From: the human T2T-CHM13v2.0 reference genome, Homo sapiens | NCBI RefSeq assembly: GCF_009914755.1 | Contig: NC_060926.1 | Length of the DNA: 64,000 nucleotides | Reading direction: 5' to 3' (one strand) | Part shown: positions 1 through 16,999 of the stretch, piece after piece | How the letters are laid out: each line of letters opens with the position of its first letter | Numbering within the stretch: the first letter of the stretch is position 1 | Position numbers and translations under genes: made by a program | Notes under the pieces: model-generated | What the model was told of the DNA's origin: nothing | The model's database searches: none | The model's input: the letters and a program-made list of their open reading frames with translations, nothing else

Positions 1-247
1 ACACACTAAATTCTGTCTTTCCACAGACGATCTGCTATTTCTGCTTGCCTTTGAAATCTCAGGACAAAATTCACCTCTTCTCTGCTACCCCCTCTTCCCT
101 CTAGGACAAATTAATTACTCTTCTCTCCTTCCATCATACTTTGTCCCCCTTTATTTTGACATATATCTCAGTACATTGCAAATCTTTGTTTCTATACCTG
201 CACTTTCAGCGCACACCACGCTTTAAATAGAGTATATTATGTAATTC

Positions 248-555
<308 letters not shown>

Positions 556-569
556 ATATTTATGTAATT

Positions 570-680
570 CTTACAACAACCCTCTGACGTAGGTACTATA
601 ATTATCCCCATTTTACAGATGACAAATCTGAGACTTGGAGATTCTGAATAGCTTATCTAAGGTTACATAGTTAGAAAGTA
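570..680 (-). mobile_element. MIR fragment
   Basis: ATTATCCCCATTTTACAGATGA antisense MIR core. Confidence 0.75.
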
Positions 681-804
681 TCCGTTTTCCCCACCACCCC
701 AAAACTATGAGCTCCTCAAAGAAGGGGTCATTGCCTTATGCATCCAGGGCCTACGTAACATATTGTCTCATTATAAGTGCTCAGTAAGTGTTTGTCAAAA
801 TAAT

Positions 805-1105
<301 letters not shown>

Positions 1106-1649
1106 TCAAAATAAAATTAAATAGAGTAAACGGAAGTATTTTCTCAGGTCGGGACCTGCTGAGATGCCCTCATGTCACCATTTTCTTTAGGCTACAGCCC
1201 CAACCCTGGCTCCTGGAGAAAGAGGAGTATAAATGCAGCAGTAAGCCAGACCGGGATTCAAATTCCCATTCCACCTGAATTTAAACTAACCGCGTCTCTG
1301 TTTTTCCATTTGCAAACTGGTGAAAATAATAGTACCAACCTTAATTTAATTATTACAATAACCAATTCAGTCCTGCCTGAGCCAGATTAGAGAAGAGAGG
1401 AGGAGGTCATGGCCCACAGGAAAATTGTAAGGATTAAATGAAGTGATATGTGGGGAGCATCTAGCCCATTTTGCCACATTTATAGACATACACGTTGATG
1501 TCTTGGGACACCGAAGTGCTTTGACGGCAACGATGATGACAATGTGTTAGACTGCCATATAGTGCCTTATAGGGCTCCACATGGATATCTTCAATTAGCC
1601 CTCACAATTATTATAAGCCTAGTATTACTGTCATGATCCTGTTCTAGAC

Positions 1650-2170
1650 ATCTGGAGCTGTGGAACAAACCACCCCCCCAAAAAGTAGTGCCTTAAGACA
1701 GTAACATTTGTTTTGCTCACAAATCTGCAATTTGAGCAGGGCTCAGTGGGGAAGCCCCTTCTCCCTCCTCGGTTCAGCACCAGCTGGGCCAGTAGAAGAC
1801 TGAGGGCCAGAATCATCTGATGACTCTCATGTGTCTGGCCATTGATACTGGTTGTCGGCTGAGACTTGAGCTGGGACCCTCAGCCAGAACCTACATATAC
1901 CCTCTCTGCATGGCCTGGGCTTCCTCACAGTATGGCGGGCAATTTCCAGTTCTGGCGTGGGGGTGAAAGAGAGAGCATGCCAGCGGAAGCCACATGCGTT
2001 TTGTAACCTAGCCTAGGCGGTCACATGAAGTCACCTCTGATGCATTTATTTGTTAAGGCAGTCACAAAGACCTGTCCAGATTCAAGGGAAGGGGACATGG
2101 CCTCCACCTCTCAATGGAAAGTGACAAGGTTCTGGAAGAGCATGTGGGACTGGAAATACTGCTGTGGTCT
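1650..2170 (-). mobile_element. MLT1 (ERVL-MaLR) solo LTR, old
   Basis: AACAAACCACCCC...CTCACAAATCTGCAATTTGAGCAGGGCTCAG and TTCAAGGGAAGGGGACATGGCCTCCACCTCTCAATGG resemble antisense MLT1. Confidence 0.7.
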
Positions 2171-3354
2171 TTTATGAAAAACACACAGGGGAGAACATTG
2201 AGGCTCAGGGGGACCGGGGAAGGGACTGGCACAAGAGCACAGCGCCCACGAGTGACAAGACCAGAACCTGAACCCGGGTCTTCTGACTCCAAACCCTGTG
2301 CTTTTCCCACTGCACAATGGGATGACCGATCCCACTGACTGGGGCTTCAGAAGGGTCTGGCCCCTCTCCATATCACAGGGCCTTTCAAAGCACCCACCCC
2401 CTCACACACACACCTGCCCACAGCCTGAATTACTTCCACCATCCTTCTCCTTGCTGGGCCTGGTGAGAAGAGCTCCTGAATGGGCTGGACCCACTCTGCT
2501 GCTTCACTGCCCAGGCCAAGCTGAGGGAAGCCAGTGGGAAGTGGGGCCCACCAGGAGCTAGAAACAGGGAGGCCCAGTACTCGGGGGTGAGGGCGGGAGG
2601 GAATGACAGTGAGAGCAGTGTGTGGGATGTGTAATTCCAGACGACAGCAGGAGCTAAGAAGACTGGGTAATTTGGGGAATTTTTGGAAAATGTGAGTGTG
2701 ATGTCAGCCTCAGTGAAAGAGAGAGGAAGACTGGAAGGGGGCCGGGGGCTGTCCTGGGGGGCCGGCAGGGGAAGGTGAGGGGAGTCGAGTTGTAATGGAA
2801 GGAACAGTTTATTAGTCTAGAAAAGTTTAACTTGAAGCACACAACCCCCACCCCGCACCACCCCTCTGCCCAGTGCCAGCAAATCACACAGATGTGGTTA
2901 CAACCCATACTGGTGAGCCCTGGTTGAATCCAGGGGAAGAGATGGGAATGCACTGATTTCTTCACAGATTGTTAAGTGACTGAGCACAAAGCCATTTGCC
3001 AGTCCAGAGCCAGAGCACTGAGGATCATCAAGGAGCCCTGAGAAATCCATGCCCAGGGCAGGGAGCAAGAAGGAAGAGGCCATAGAGGTCAGAGTTGGGG
3101 CAGTCTGAGCCTCAACAGATTCTTTGGGGAATTTGGTCGGTGCCTCCAGGAGCGTTTTGTATTGACCTGTTAAGCTCCATCCTCAGAACTGTGTGCCATC
3201 CACACAACCTGCCCAGAGGTCACCTCAGGCCTGGAGTTCAGATTCATGTCTGAAGGCTCCGAGGCCAGACCAGCTGTGATCACACTCTCCACTCTATTCT
3301 CTACAGTTTTGTAACCTCACGCAAGTCACTGGACCTCATAAAGACTCAGTTTCC

Positions 3355-3745
<391 letters not shown>

Positions 3746-4213
3746 CTACCACAGGGTCCAGCACATAAGGATTCAGTAAATGCTCATTCTCTCTCCTACT
3801 TCTTTTTCTCTTCCATTCCTTTACATAAACCAAGATCATGATTCATCCTAACCCTTGTTCAGTCCAGACTTACAAAGCCAAAGAGAGGCAAAGCTGATAA
3901 AGCACTGGGGCAGGGAGGATGGACAAGAGGATGTTCATACTCTTCAATCTTATAGCCACTTTTTGCCTTTAGGAGTCCATGGTATAGGGGCCCTGGTAGA
4001 GCAATGGGAAAGCCCCTAGACCTGAGTGCCAACCCCCACTGAGGGGACGGAAGCTGGAGCTGGAGAGCTCCTCTCGTCACCTTGTGCTGTCTGTCCTTAG
4101 GGTCCAGTCAGTCCCAAAATCTGTTCTTCAAACCTGCTACTCCATTAGGCCCCAGCAGGGTACGGGCAAGAAAGACAGAAGAACAGGGGAGGGGCTGCTT
4201 TGTCCCACTGCTG

Positions 4214-4294
4214 GAGACCATCCTGGCTAACACGGTGAAACCCCGTCTCTACTAAAAACACAAAAAATTAGCCGGGCGTGGTGGCGGGCACCTG
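4214..4294 (+). mobile_element. Internal AluY fragment with no tail and no TSD
   Basis: GAGACCATCCTGGCTAACACGGTGAAACCCC...GTGGCGGGCACCTG embedded in unique sequence. Confidence 0.9.
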
Positions 4295-5959
4295 GGCGTG
4301 AGCCCAGGGCTCTCTATGCCTCTGTCACCTCGCCCAGAAACTCGGAAGGGCGGGGGGGTGGGTGTTGAATGGAGGGTGCTCTGCCTGCCTGACATCCTGG
4401 AGTCACATTATCTCCCCACATCCCTCCCTATCCTCTTGCAACTCCCCTCCCAGCCCTTTCGATAAGGCCTCACACAGAGAAGCCATGCTCGTCACAAGGG
4501 AAGTCCTGGGCTGCGGCCTAGGAGGACTCCTCTAAAATCCTTTCTGTGGCTCTGACTTAGGCCTCCAAGTTCCTCTTTCCTGAGCCAGGGCTGGGGTTTG
4601 AGTAGAGGGGACTGCAGCCTCTGACTTTCCTGGAGGACTCTGATGCTATTCTTACTCTTGTCTCTCGTGGGTTTCTGTCCCTCAGGGGTTCTCGGAAGTC
4701 TTAAGCCACCTCTCAGAGTTCCTGTGTTAAAAATACTTTCCCTAGAACCTTAGGAATGAGGGTGAAAAATAAACAACCTCAAATCTTACCTGTGGCTTTA
4801 TTTTGAGACTTCCAGCAACCTGAAACACCCCACCCGCACCCCAGACACCCCCCAGCCCCTTCTTCTCTCCCGGAAGCTCCGGCATCCTCCATTTCAGACC
4901 TGCCTGAGCCGGACTGGGGAAGGGAGGAGGTTATGGTCCATGGAAGAGTCATACCCTGAACTTTATGGAGTTTGCAGCGCCCAGGTGTGGGGCCAGGTCT
5001 CGCCTTTCTCAACAACATCCAGAGAAATGAAATTCTGGCTCCACAAGGCAAGGAGGAAAGGAGGATGGAAAGACAAAAGGAAGAAAGAGGATAAAAGAGC
5101 TTTTGTAGAGGAGACAGAAGGTAGCCTCCAGGTAAGAGGAGAGGTAATGGAGAGGTTAGTCATGTCATATCCAATGAGTGGTGGGTGATAGAAAGTTTCT
5201 GTGGGTTGACAGAGGGTTACTGACGATGAAAGCAGGTTTTAGGCAAATGTTAGGAGCTCAGTTGCATCTGAGAAGAGCCCATGGACCTTACAGGGGCCAC
5301 AGCTCACGATCATCCATCCACAGGGGACTCATGGCCAAAATCTTCCTTGGGAAACCCACTCCTGTCTTCCTTAACTCCAGATCTTTTGCTCCAGGGAGGA
5401 GCCTCTGGGCAGCTAGAGCCAAACATTCTCTGGGCCCTTCCAGCCCCAGCATTTATCTTAGGGTTATTTTCACTCCCAAGAACAACGAAGCTTTCTATTC
5501 AAGTGGTGAGAAACCACACCTCTGAAAAGCCATAGATCACCCAGGGAGGGCCAGAGGGGCTGGTCCAGCACGTGGCGCTGCTTCTCCCTCCCATCCAGAC
5601 CCTCAGAGCAGGTGTCTGGCTCACCACAGCTTACAGTGGGATCCCAGGCAGAGGGCAGAAATTGTGTAGGACAAATTGGTTCTGAAAGCCGGAAGCCAAG
5701 ACAGGGCAGGGAGAGGAGGAGAGGGAGGATGACCAACTGGAAGAGTGAGGGCACCAAGGAGCCCCAAGCAATCCCTGCTTGGATCCAAACTCTATAGACT
5801 CAGTCCCCTTATATGAGATATATGACAATCATCCACATCAACTAGGGAGCTTTCAAAAAAGGTAATAAATGAACATGGTATATAAGGGTCAACTGTACTA
5901 GAAAGATGTATAGCAGACTCAGCACTCCCAGTGACACACACTGTAGCCAAGTTTCTCTT

Positions 5960-6980
<1,021 letters not shown>

Positions 6981-7462
6981 TCATTTATACTTGCATTAGC
7001 TTCAAAAATATACAGATCCCTGGGTCTTATACTCAAAAGCCTGATTCAGTAAACCCCCAGATCAGTAATTTTTAAAAATATTCAAGTGATTGGGGTAAAT
7101 ATTTCTTAAACAAAATATAAACAGCACAAACCAAAAAGAAATGATCGATAAATTGTACTTTCATTAAAATTTTAAATGTCTGTTCATTAAAATAAAGTAC
7201 AAAGTCAAGCAATAGAGTGGGAGAAAATCTTTGTTAAATGTACATCCCACAAAGAACTCATAACCAGAATATATGAAGAAAGCTCCTACAACTCAACAAG
7301 AAAGAGAAAAAATATAACAACATATCATTTTAGGTAGACCAAAGACATAAATAGACAATTTATAAATGAAGATATATGAATAACCAATACACATATGAAA
7401 AGATGTTTCTTTCATAACTCATCAGGAAAAGGCAAGTCAAAACCACAGTAAGATACCACTAC

Positions 7463-7668
7463 CAATGGTACACTGGTAAATATTTAATAACTGATACTTC
7501 AGGGGAAAAAGCCTGATTTGCGGTTTTCTTGTTTTTTTTTTTTGGTGTGAAAACTCCCACCATGGCCAATTTCAAGCCACCAATGCGACATCACTGAATG
7601 CAGAATTGGGAAGAGGTGTATACAATTGACTCTCACAAGCCCCACAAGCTGGCTCCAGCACATCACTG
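7463..7668. mobile_element. MER63-like hAT MITE
   Basis: Terminal inverted repeats CAATGGTACACTGG ... CCAGCACATCACTG; internal CATGGCCAATTTCAAGC. Confidence 0.7.
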
Positions 7669-7881
7669 AGATCACCGCAAACCCACCATGAAGGCTAAAA
7701 TGAAAAAGATTGAACATATCAAGTTTTGACAAAAATATAGAGCAAGGAGAATGCTAACACACGGCTAGTGGGAGTGTAAATCAGTTTAATCACATTGGAA
7801 CGCTGTTTGGCAGTATCTACTAAGGCTATGATCCTATGTCTGATCCTATGATCCTGGAGGCTCCATAGAAATGAATGCATA

Positions 7882-8295
7882 TGTGATGGTTTTTTTATGT
7901 GTCAACTTGACTGGGCCACGAGGTACCCAGACATTTGTCCAAACATTATTCTGGGTGTGTCTGTGAGGGGATATCTGGACAAGATTAACATTAGAATTGG
8001 TAGATTGAATAAAACAGATTGCCCTCCATGGTGTGGGTGTTCCTCATCGAATCATTTGAAGACCTGAATAGAACAAAAAGACTGAATGAGAGGGAACTCC
8101 TTCTGCCTGACTGTCTTGAGCAGGAACATCAGTTCTCTCTTACCTTTGGATTCAAACTGAAACATCAGCTCTCTCTGGGTCTTGAGCCTGCAGGCATTCA
8201 GACTGAAACTACACCATCATCTCTCCTGGGTCTCCGGCTTGCTGACTACAGGTCTTGGGATTTGTCAGCCTCCATACCCACATGATTCAATTCCT

Positions 8296-8344
<49 letters not shown>

Positions 8345-8382
8345 TATATTTTTTTTAAGTACTGATTTTTAAAAATATAGAT

Positions 8383-8419
<37 letters not shown>

Positions 8420-8485
8420 TTAGACAGACAGACAGATAGATAGATCCTATTGGTTCTATCTCTCTGGAGAACCCTGACTAATACC
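7882..8485 (+). mobile_element. MLT2 (ERVL) solo LTR containing (TA)n and (GATA)n
   Basis: Starts TGTGATGG...TGTCAACTTGACTGGGCCAC; ends CCTATTGGTTCT...GAGAACCCTGACTAATAC. Confidence 0.9.
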
Positions 8486-8702
8486 ACCAGGTAGCCACCA
8501 AAAAACATGCACATGAATGTTTATAGCAGCTTTATTTGTAATAGTCAACAAACTGGAAGCAATCCAAATGCCCATCAACAGTGCTACACAGTGCTAGATT
8601 TCTACCATGGAATACTATATAGCAATAAAGAAAACAAACTACAGATACACACAGCAACATGGATGAATCTCACAGACAAAAACATTGAAAGAAAAGGGCC
8701 AG

Positions 8703-8785
8703 ACACAAAAGACTATATATATATATACACAAAAGACTATATATATATATACACAAAAGACTATATATATATATATATATATATA
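8703..8785. repeat. 24-bp minisatellite x3 (ACACAAAAGACTATATATATATAT)
   Basis: Units start at 8703, 8727 and 8751. Confidence 0.9.
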
Positions 8786-9019
8786 CACACAAACTTTTAG
8801 AATAGATGAAATTGTTTTATTATGAGATAAGTTAGAATAGCAATTACCTTGAGGAGATTGATATAAACTAGGAGTACACATGAGGGAATGTTCTCCATAT
8901 TGGAAATATTCTGCATTTTGATATCGATAGTAGTTACAAAAGTGTAAAATTTCACCCAGCTACACACTTAAGATTTGTACTCCTTTACTGCTTATACTAT
9001 ATATACCAATATATTTGGT

Positions 9020-9363
9020 TGGGTTTTTTGTATTTTGGGGATTTTTTTTGGAGACAAGGTCTTGCTCTGTTGCCCATGCTGGAGTGCAGTGGCGCAATCA
9101 TATCATAGCTCACTGAAGCCTTGAACTCCTGGACTCAAGTGATCCTCCCACCTCAGCCTTCAAAGTAGCTGGGACTATAGGCATGTGCCACCATACCTGG
9201 CTAGTTTTTTGTTGTTGTTGTTTGTTTGGTTGGTTGGTTGTTGTTGAGACAGGATCTTTTTGGTGTTACCCAGGCTGGTCTCAAATTCCTGGGCTCAGGT
9301 GATCGTCCCACCTTCGCCTCCCAAAGTGCCAGGATTTACAGGCATGAACCATTGCGCCCAGCC
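9020..9363 (-). mobile_element. AluJ
   Basis: TCATAGCTCACTGAAGCCTTGAACTCCTGG J-type diagnostics; GTT-rich linker. Confidence 0.9.
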
Positions 9364-9599
9364 CTCCAATATAATTTTTTACATAAAAATAAGTTTTAAA
9401 AACTACCAGGTATTTCTGATGATCAGCCTAGTACAGGAAACATTCGACTTGGGAATCTGTAAGTTCTCTTAAAGCTAACATTCTGTGAAGATGAGATGAA
9501 ACAGAAATAATGGCGCCAGAGCAAAGGCAAGAAGAAGAACCAGAGAGTAGACACAGAGCTAAATAGGAAAGAAAGGGAGACCTACAGAAAATACATTAA

Positions 9600-9910
9600 C
9601 TCGCCAACATTTGTTTAGCACCTGCTATGGGCAAGGCACAATGCTCGATAGCCAGAAGGTCAAAAATGAGCAAAGAGAAGCCCCTACCTGCAAGGAGCTT
9701 GCCTTCTTGTAGGGGACATAATTCTACATTACAAAGTACAGTGCAGTAATTGCTGAAAACCAGAGGCACCAACAGAAAGCTCCACAAGTGGAAAATGGCA
9801 TTCAGTTGGGCATGGGGATGATCTGGAAAGAATCCACAGTGGAGCAGGTACTTGAACAGAGCCTTGAAGGATAGGTAGAATTCTGCTGGAGAGAGACAGC
9901 TGGAGGTAGA
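9600..9910 (-). mobile_element. L2 fragment
   Basis: CATTTGTTTAGCACCTGCTATGGGCAAGGCAC antisense L2 3' end. Confidence 0.65.
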
Positions 9911-9912
9911 CA

Positions 9913-10289
9913 TGTATTAATTCTCTCTCATACTGTCATAAAGAAATACATGAGACTGGGTAATTTATAAAGGAAGGAGGTTTAATTGACTCACAGTTCC
10001 ACCTGGCTGGGGAGGCCTCAGGAAACTTACTATCATGGTGGAAGGCAAAGGGGAAGCAAGGACTTCCTTCACATGGTGGCAGGAGAGAGAAGACAGAGCA
10101 AAGGGGAAAGAGTCCCTTTTAAAACCATCAGACCTCATGACAACTCATTCATTACCACAAGAATATCATGGAGGAAACCACCCCCATGATCCATCCATCC
10201 TCCCACCAGTTCCCTCCCTCGACACCTGGGGATTATGGGGATTACAACTCAAGATGAGATTTGGGTGGGGACACAGTCAGACCATATCA
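9913..10289 (-). mobile_element. THE1/MSTA solo LTR
   Basis: GAGACTGGGTAATTTATAAAGG...GGCCTCAGGAAACTTAC...GGGTGGGGACACAG...CCATATCA. Confidence 0.92.
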
Positions 10290-10941
10290 ACGTCGATTGA
10301 GGATCCTTTATAAATGCAATTTAGACTGGCCAATGCCTAGGGCCAGTGTAACCTTTAAAATGGAAACTCACCAGACTCACCATAAGATGGATAAATAATC
10401 CACCCTAGAAGTGGCTAGCAGACGCAGAATGAACTCCAAATCATACCAAGGGACTAGAAGTTTCCCAAGGAACCATAAAAGAGACAATGTCCTCAGCACA
10501 GAGGGTAAAATATAATCATTTGTTGTTATCCTTAAAGAATAGGAAGGAAACTGCATGGAGACCATAGGCAATAAGACCAGGCCAACCAGAACGTGAACAA
10601 GGAAAATAGCAGTGACAAGGCAAAGGATGGGACACAGTAGAGTTGGTATCAATTGACTATGACTAGAATATTGCTCCCTGAGGATTAAGACTCTGTCTTG
10701 CTCATCAGTGAATTTCTGGGGCCCAGCATAGTGCAGGGCACAGAATACCTACACAATAATGTTTGTTGAATGAACTAAATAGGTGAGGAACAGACAAAGG
10801 TGACACCCATTCCCCAGGTTTAAAGTATGTGTGACTGGGAAAATGGGAACTCAGGAGCAGATGGTTTGGAGAGGAGAGAAGATTATGGGTGGACAGTTAC
10901 AGAAGAAAGACTGGAGCTTGGACCGGAAATCTTACCAGCAA

Positions 10942-11235
<294 letters not shown>

Positions 11236-12484
11236 GCCTACTAGCAATTCTGCAGTTGAAGTCATCCTCCAAGAAATGACTGCTGAAGCTATCTGAGTAG
11301 ACAGCAGAGGCATGGGGGAGAATGGACAGAAGAGAGCTGAATTTGAGAGTAAGAAACTACAGAAGGCAGCAAGAAATGAGAGACAGAAGAATCAGGAAAG
11401 TATAGCATCAGCAAAGTCAGTGGACGAGCTTTAAGAGGACGGCCCTGTCAGTTAATTCTATTTGAAAAATGATAGTTGTGTCCCTGCTCCCCAAGCAATC
11501 CAGAGACAGAAAAGCTTAGCAGACAAAGTGTGGACTTGAAAGTGAAACAGGCAGGCCTTGAATCCAAACACGGCCCTATGTCATTTAATAGTGAAATCCT
11601 AAGCAAGTTACTGAAACTTCTATTTCCCAATTGGTTGGGTCTTCTGTTTTCCAACTGGTTAAAAGTGGGAATTAATATGATCTATATCCAGGTTGCTGCA
11701 AGGATTAAGTGAAGGTATATGAAAATCAACAAAATATATGAAAATGCCAAGCACAGGGATTGGAACATAGTGGGCACTTGGTTCTTATTTATTCCTCTTT
11801 CCTTCCGTGCTGTGTGCTAGGATCTGGTGTTTGGGGAAAATGATGCTGAACAAGTAACACTTGAAATGCAATGAAGGGGAGGAGATCTAAGAGTATGCAT
11901 GGACCCCGAATGAGGAGTGAGCGAACCATTGCACGCTGGTCAACCCAACCTGACAAAGCTGTCCCAGGTGCTTCAATTAGTAAGGAGATGTGAGTGACCC
12001 TGCAAAGAGCAGTTTTAATAGGATGGGGACAGGGTGGGATGAGAGAGCAGAGGCAGCGACTGTCTTTCTTGGGCAGCAAGAGGAATAGCCAACGAAGAAG
12101 TAACTGCAAAGACAGAAATGTGCGTGGGTTGGGAGCAAGCTGAATGTGTATATGTGCAAAGGAACCAGGAGGGAAGGAAAGATGGAGGAGGCAAGGGAGA
12201 AAAGGGCTAGTTGATGAAGGGCAAGTCACCCACAGAGGCAGTGAAATAAAATCAAGGAAGCATTCAAACCCAAGGCTGCTCCAGGTTTCATGACTTGGGC
12301 CTGTTGTTGGTATAACCTGATGGGTGGTCTTTAAGAAAAAGAAGGCAAGTTTACAAATACAAAATTAGATATGACTGTGTATTTTTTTAGAATAAGGAAA
12401 TCATTCACAACATTTTTAAATTACATTTTTTAAATGTTTAAGCTGATAAATATCACAAAACCCAGAAAAATGGCATGTTTATTA

Positions 12485-13003
<519 letters not shown>

Positions 13004-13594
13004 CTAGCATGCTTGGACAAAATTTGTTTTCTATTATTGATGGTTGAGAAGAATTTCTTTCAGCTTCATAACTTAATATTGGTAATACATACGTTTTTAG
13101 GATTGTCATATTTGGGAAAACCACTATTGAGGTCCTTTCATGTATGAGCTATAATATTTCAGGGCATGTCAAGTTTTCTTGCACAGTGACTCATCCTAAA
13201 AATTATTTAATTGACAATAGTCATTAGTTTGTTGATGTTCTCATTGTAGTTTATTATGAGTTTTATATTGTCTTACTGTCAGTATTTCATCTCAAACCAG
13301 CACAAAATTTAATATTGTTCATATGATTCAGTGATAACTTGAAAATCATAAACATGTGACCTTATAGGTAAGCATTCTAGCTGTGTGCAGGATTGTTGTA
13401 AATTTTTACCCTACAAACACATGAATTCTGATGAAATCATATTTCACATCAAGAAAAAAAATGTTTGATGCATTTATAATTGACTATATTCCTGGAAGGA
13501 AAGAATTTTTATTTTGACTTGGCATTGTTAAGAACCAATAACTTACAGTTTTACATTTCTAATGAAAAAAAAAAATTCCTGGACTAGCTTATGG

Positions 13595-14048
13595 TTCTGA
13601 AGTGAGTTGACTGATAGCCCCCAAAATGGTATGTCCACATCTTAACTCCATCAACATGTGAATTTGATCTCATTTGGAAAAGGAGTCTCTGCAGATGTAA
13701 TTAAGGATCTTGGGATCATCCTGGATTACCAGGTGAGCCCTAAATCTAATGACCAGCATCTTTAGAAGAAACAGAAGAGAAGGCACGAACGTGGAGGAGA
13801 CAGCTATGTGAAGACGGAGGCAGAGATTGGAGCTACACAGCCACGAACCAATGAACTCCTAGAGCCACTAAATGCTGAACGAGAAGAGGAAGGATTCTTC
13901 TCCAGAGCCTTTGAGAGGAGTGCAGCCCTGTCGACACATTGATTTCAGACTCTTGGACTCCAGAACCATGAGAGATTGTATTTCCGTTGTTTTAAGTCAC
14001 TCAGTTTGTGGTAATTTGTTACAATGGCCCTAGGAAAGAAACTCATAC
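13595..14048 (+). mobile_element. MLT1A/B solo LTR
   Basis: TTTGGAAAAGGAGTCTCTGCAGATGTAATTAAG, GGAGGCAGAGATTGGAG, TTTGTGGTAATTTGTTACAATGGCCCTAGGAAA. Confidence 0.88.
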
Positions 14049-14436
14049 CAGTTCTATACATTCCAAACCTGGTCTCCCTTTTACTACCCAAATATTGGGT
14101 AAATGGGGTTGCAAAAAGACACACTCATGATGTGAAATGCCCTCCAGCCATGCACCTCTCCATGCCAGGTAGTGCAGAGAAGGCCCCACGAGCCCTTCCC
14201 ATTGTGGATGGCCAGCAACAACTTAAATACCCATTAAAGTGACTGCAGGCCACATAAATACATCTCACTAAACCCAGACTAAAAGCATCCCACACTCAAC
14301 TTCCGCTTAGCTGGATCCCAGCAAATCTCCAAGGCCCTCCAAGGCCACTCAGCACAAACAGAAATGTGAAGGCAAGGAAATCAGAGTGGAAAGAGACAGA
14401 CATCTTAGCGGTCATGGTTAAAATATCTGACTTCTG

Positions 14437-14845
<409 letters not shown>

Positions 14846-15564
14846 CTAGGACACAATACTAGGGTTCTTACCCTCAGGTCCTTGAGGGGATTTAAACAAG
14901 GGAGGGGCTCTGAGCTTAAACTCCTTGGCTTCATGAAAATAATCTCTGAGTCAGTCTCCAGCAAGAAAGACCACATCTTTCCCTGGGATCTCAAGTTTTA
15001 TGGCTAACCGGGAGGCTTTCCAATGGACTCATTTTCTAGAAGGAAAATGATACTGACCTGTATGAATAGTTCCACGGAGACAAGAGCACAGGAAAAGTTG
15101 GGACAAGAAAAAAAAATCTGAAGGCGGCACAAAGGGCCTCTTTAATTACACTTAGAAGAAGGAAGGTGTGGATCCACTCTTGAGGCTGTAATTGGAGCAG
15201 AGGAGTGATATCAGTGGTCATGGAAGGAAGGGGACGATGTCAAATCCGATTTTGCTTCCATATTCTAGGAAAGATATAAAATCAGAAAGAGCAAATATTG
15301 TCAGTTGGTTCAGAAGCTGGAGTTACGTAACAAGGTTGCTTGAGTCTGAGGCTTTTCTAAACATGGATCCCTTGGCTCATGTCTTACATTCCAGGGACCC
15401 CCGAGAACCTGTAGATGAAATAGATCGGTAACTTCAATGCATCAGGAAGGTTGAGAGAGATGCTGGAATTCTATAGCTGAGCAGACATGGTTAGGACTTG
15501 TCCAAACAGAAGAGGCAGTTACTGGTAACTGTAGGCTATCAATCTCAGGCAAGATTCTAGAATA

Positions 15565-15567
<3 letters not shown>

Positions 15568-15595
<28 letters not shown>

Positions 15596-15607
15596 CATGT
15601 GTGTGTG
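15568..15607. repeat. (TG)n microsatellite
   Basis: Direct reading. Confidence 0.95.
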
Positions 15608-16264
15608 TTTGGGTATTTTCAGGGCAAGATTCCACAGTATCATCAGGTTCCTAGAGAAGTTTGTGACCCCTAAAATGGCTAAAACCCACAGGCAGAAGAT
15701 TTTATTTGCGGAAAAAAACATTCAATCCTTGGGAAAGCTCTTCTAATTCCTTCCTTTCACAGGTGGTGAAACTGAGGACAGAGGGTGATAAGGGCTTGCT
15801 CAAGGTCATACAGCAAGGTGGTGCAAGAGTCAGAACCAACACACAGATCTTCAGACTCCCAGTTCAAGGTTTGCTCTTTCCTCAATCTCTCACTGTTTCC
15901 TATCACACCACCTTCCCTTTACATATAAACCATCGCTAGCTTTTTCCAAAACGCTTTTCACTCTTCATCAAAAGGTATCAAGAGATGCCCATGGGAGCAG
16001 GGTGTGATTCATGAGCTCTTCGTGCACAGCTGTCCCATTCCTGAGAAGGGTCTGACAGATTCTGAGCACGGCACTCAAGCCAAAAGGAATCCCTCTCGAT
16101 TTAGAAATCTTCAGCCACTCCCTGGAAAATGAGGAATAGAGCCTAGGTATGTGGGAAAACCATGACAGGCACCTGAGCCTCAACAGATTTAAAAATTTTT
16201 AAACAGTATAAAAAAATTTTAAAACAGATTTAAAAATCATTTGGGGTTCTTAGAAAGGAACAAC

Positions 16265-16875
<611 letters not shown>

Positions 16876-16999
16876 TTATTGGCCTTTCCATTTATAAACT
16901 TTTGTCAAAAGCTTCTAAAGGAAGAAGCTAAGGGGATAAAAGGCACTTCTTCCTACAAGAGCTCAGAGTCCAAAGATAATCAACAAGGACACAATTATG

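Larger units (their letters stand above)
7100..9010 (+). mobile_element. Old L1M 3' region with nested MER63 and MLT2
   Basis: AAAACCACAGTAAGATACCACTAC, TTTGGCAGTATCTACTAA, GAATGTTTATAGCAGCTTTATT, ACATGGATGAATCTCACA. Confidence 0.8.

Noticed and set aside
15322-15331. Perfect PAR-bZIP palindrome GTTACGTAAC
   Set aside because: Single motif without a supporting cluster.
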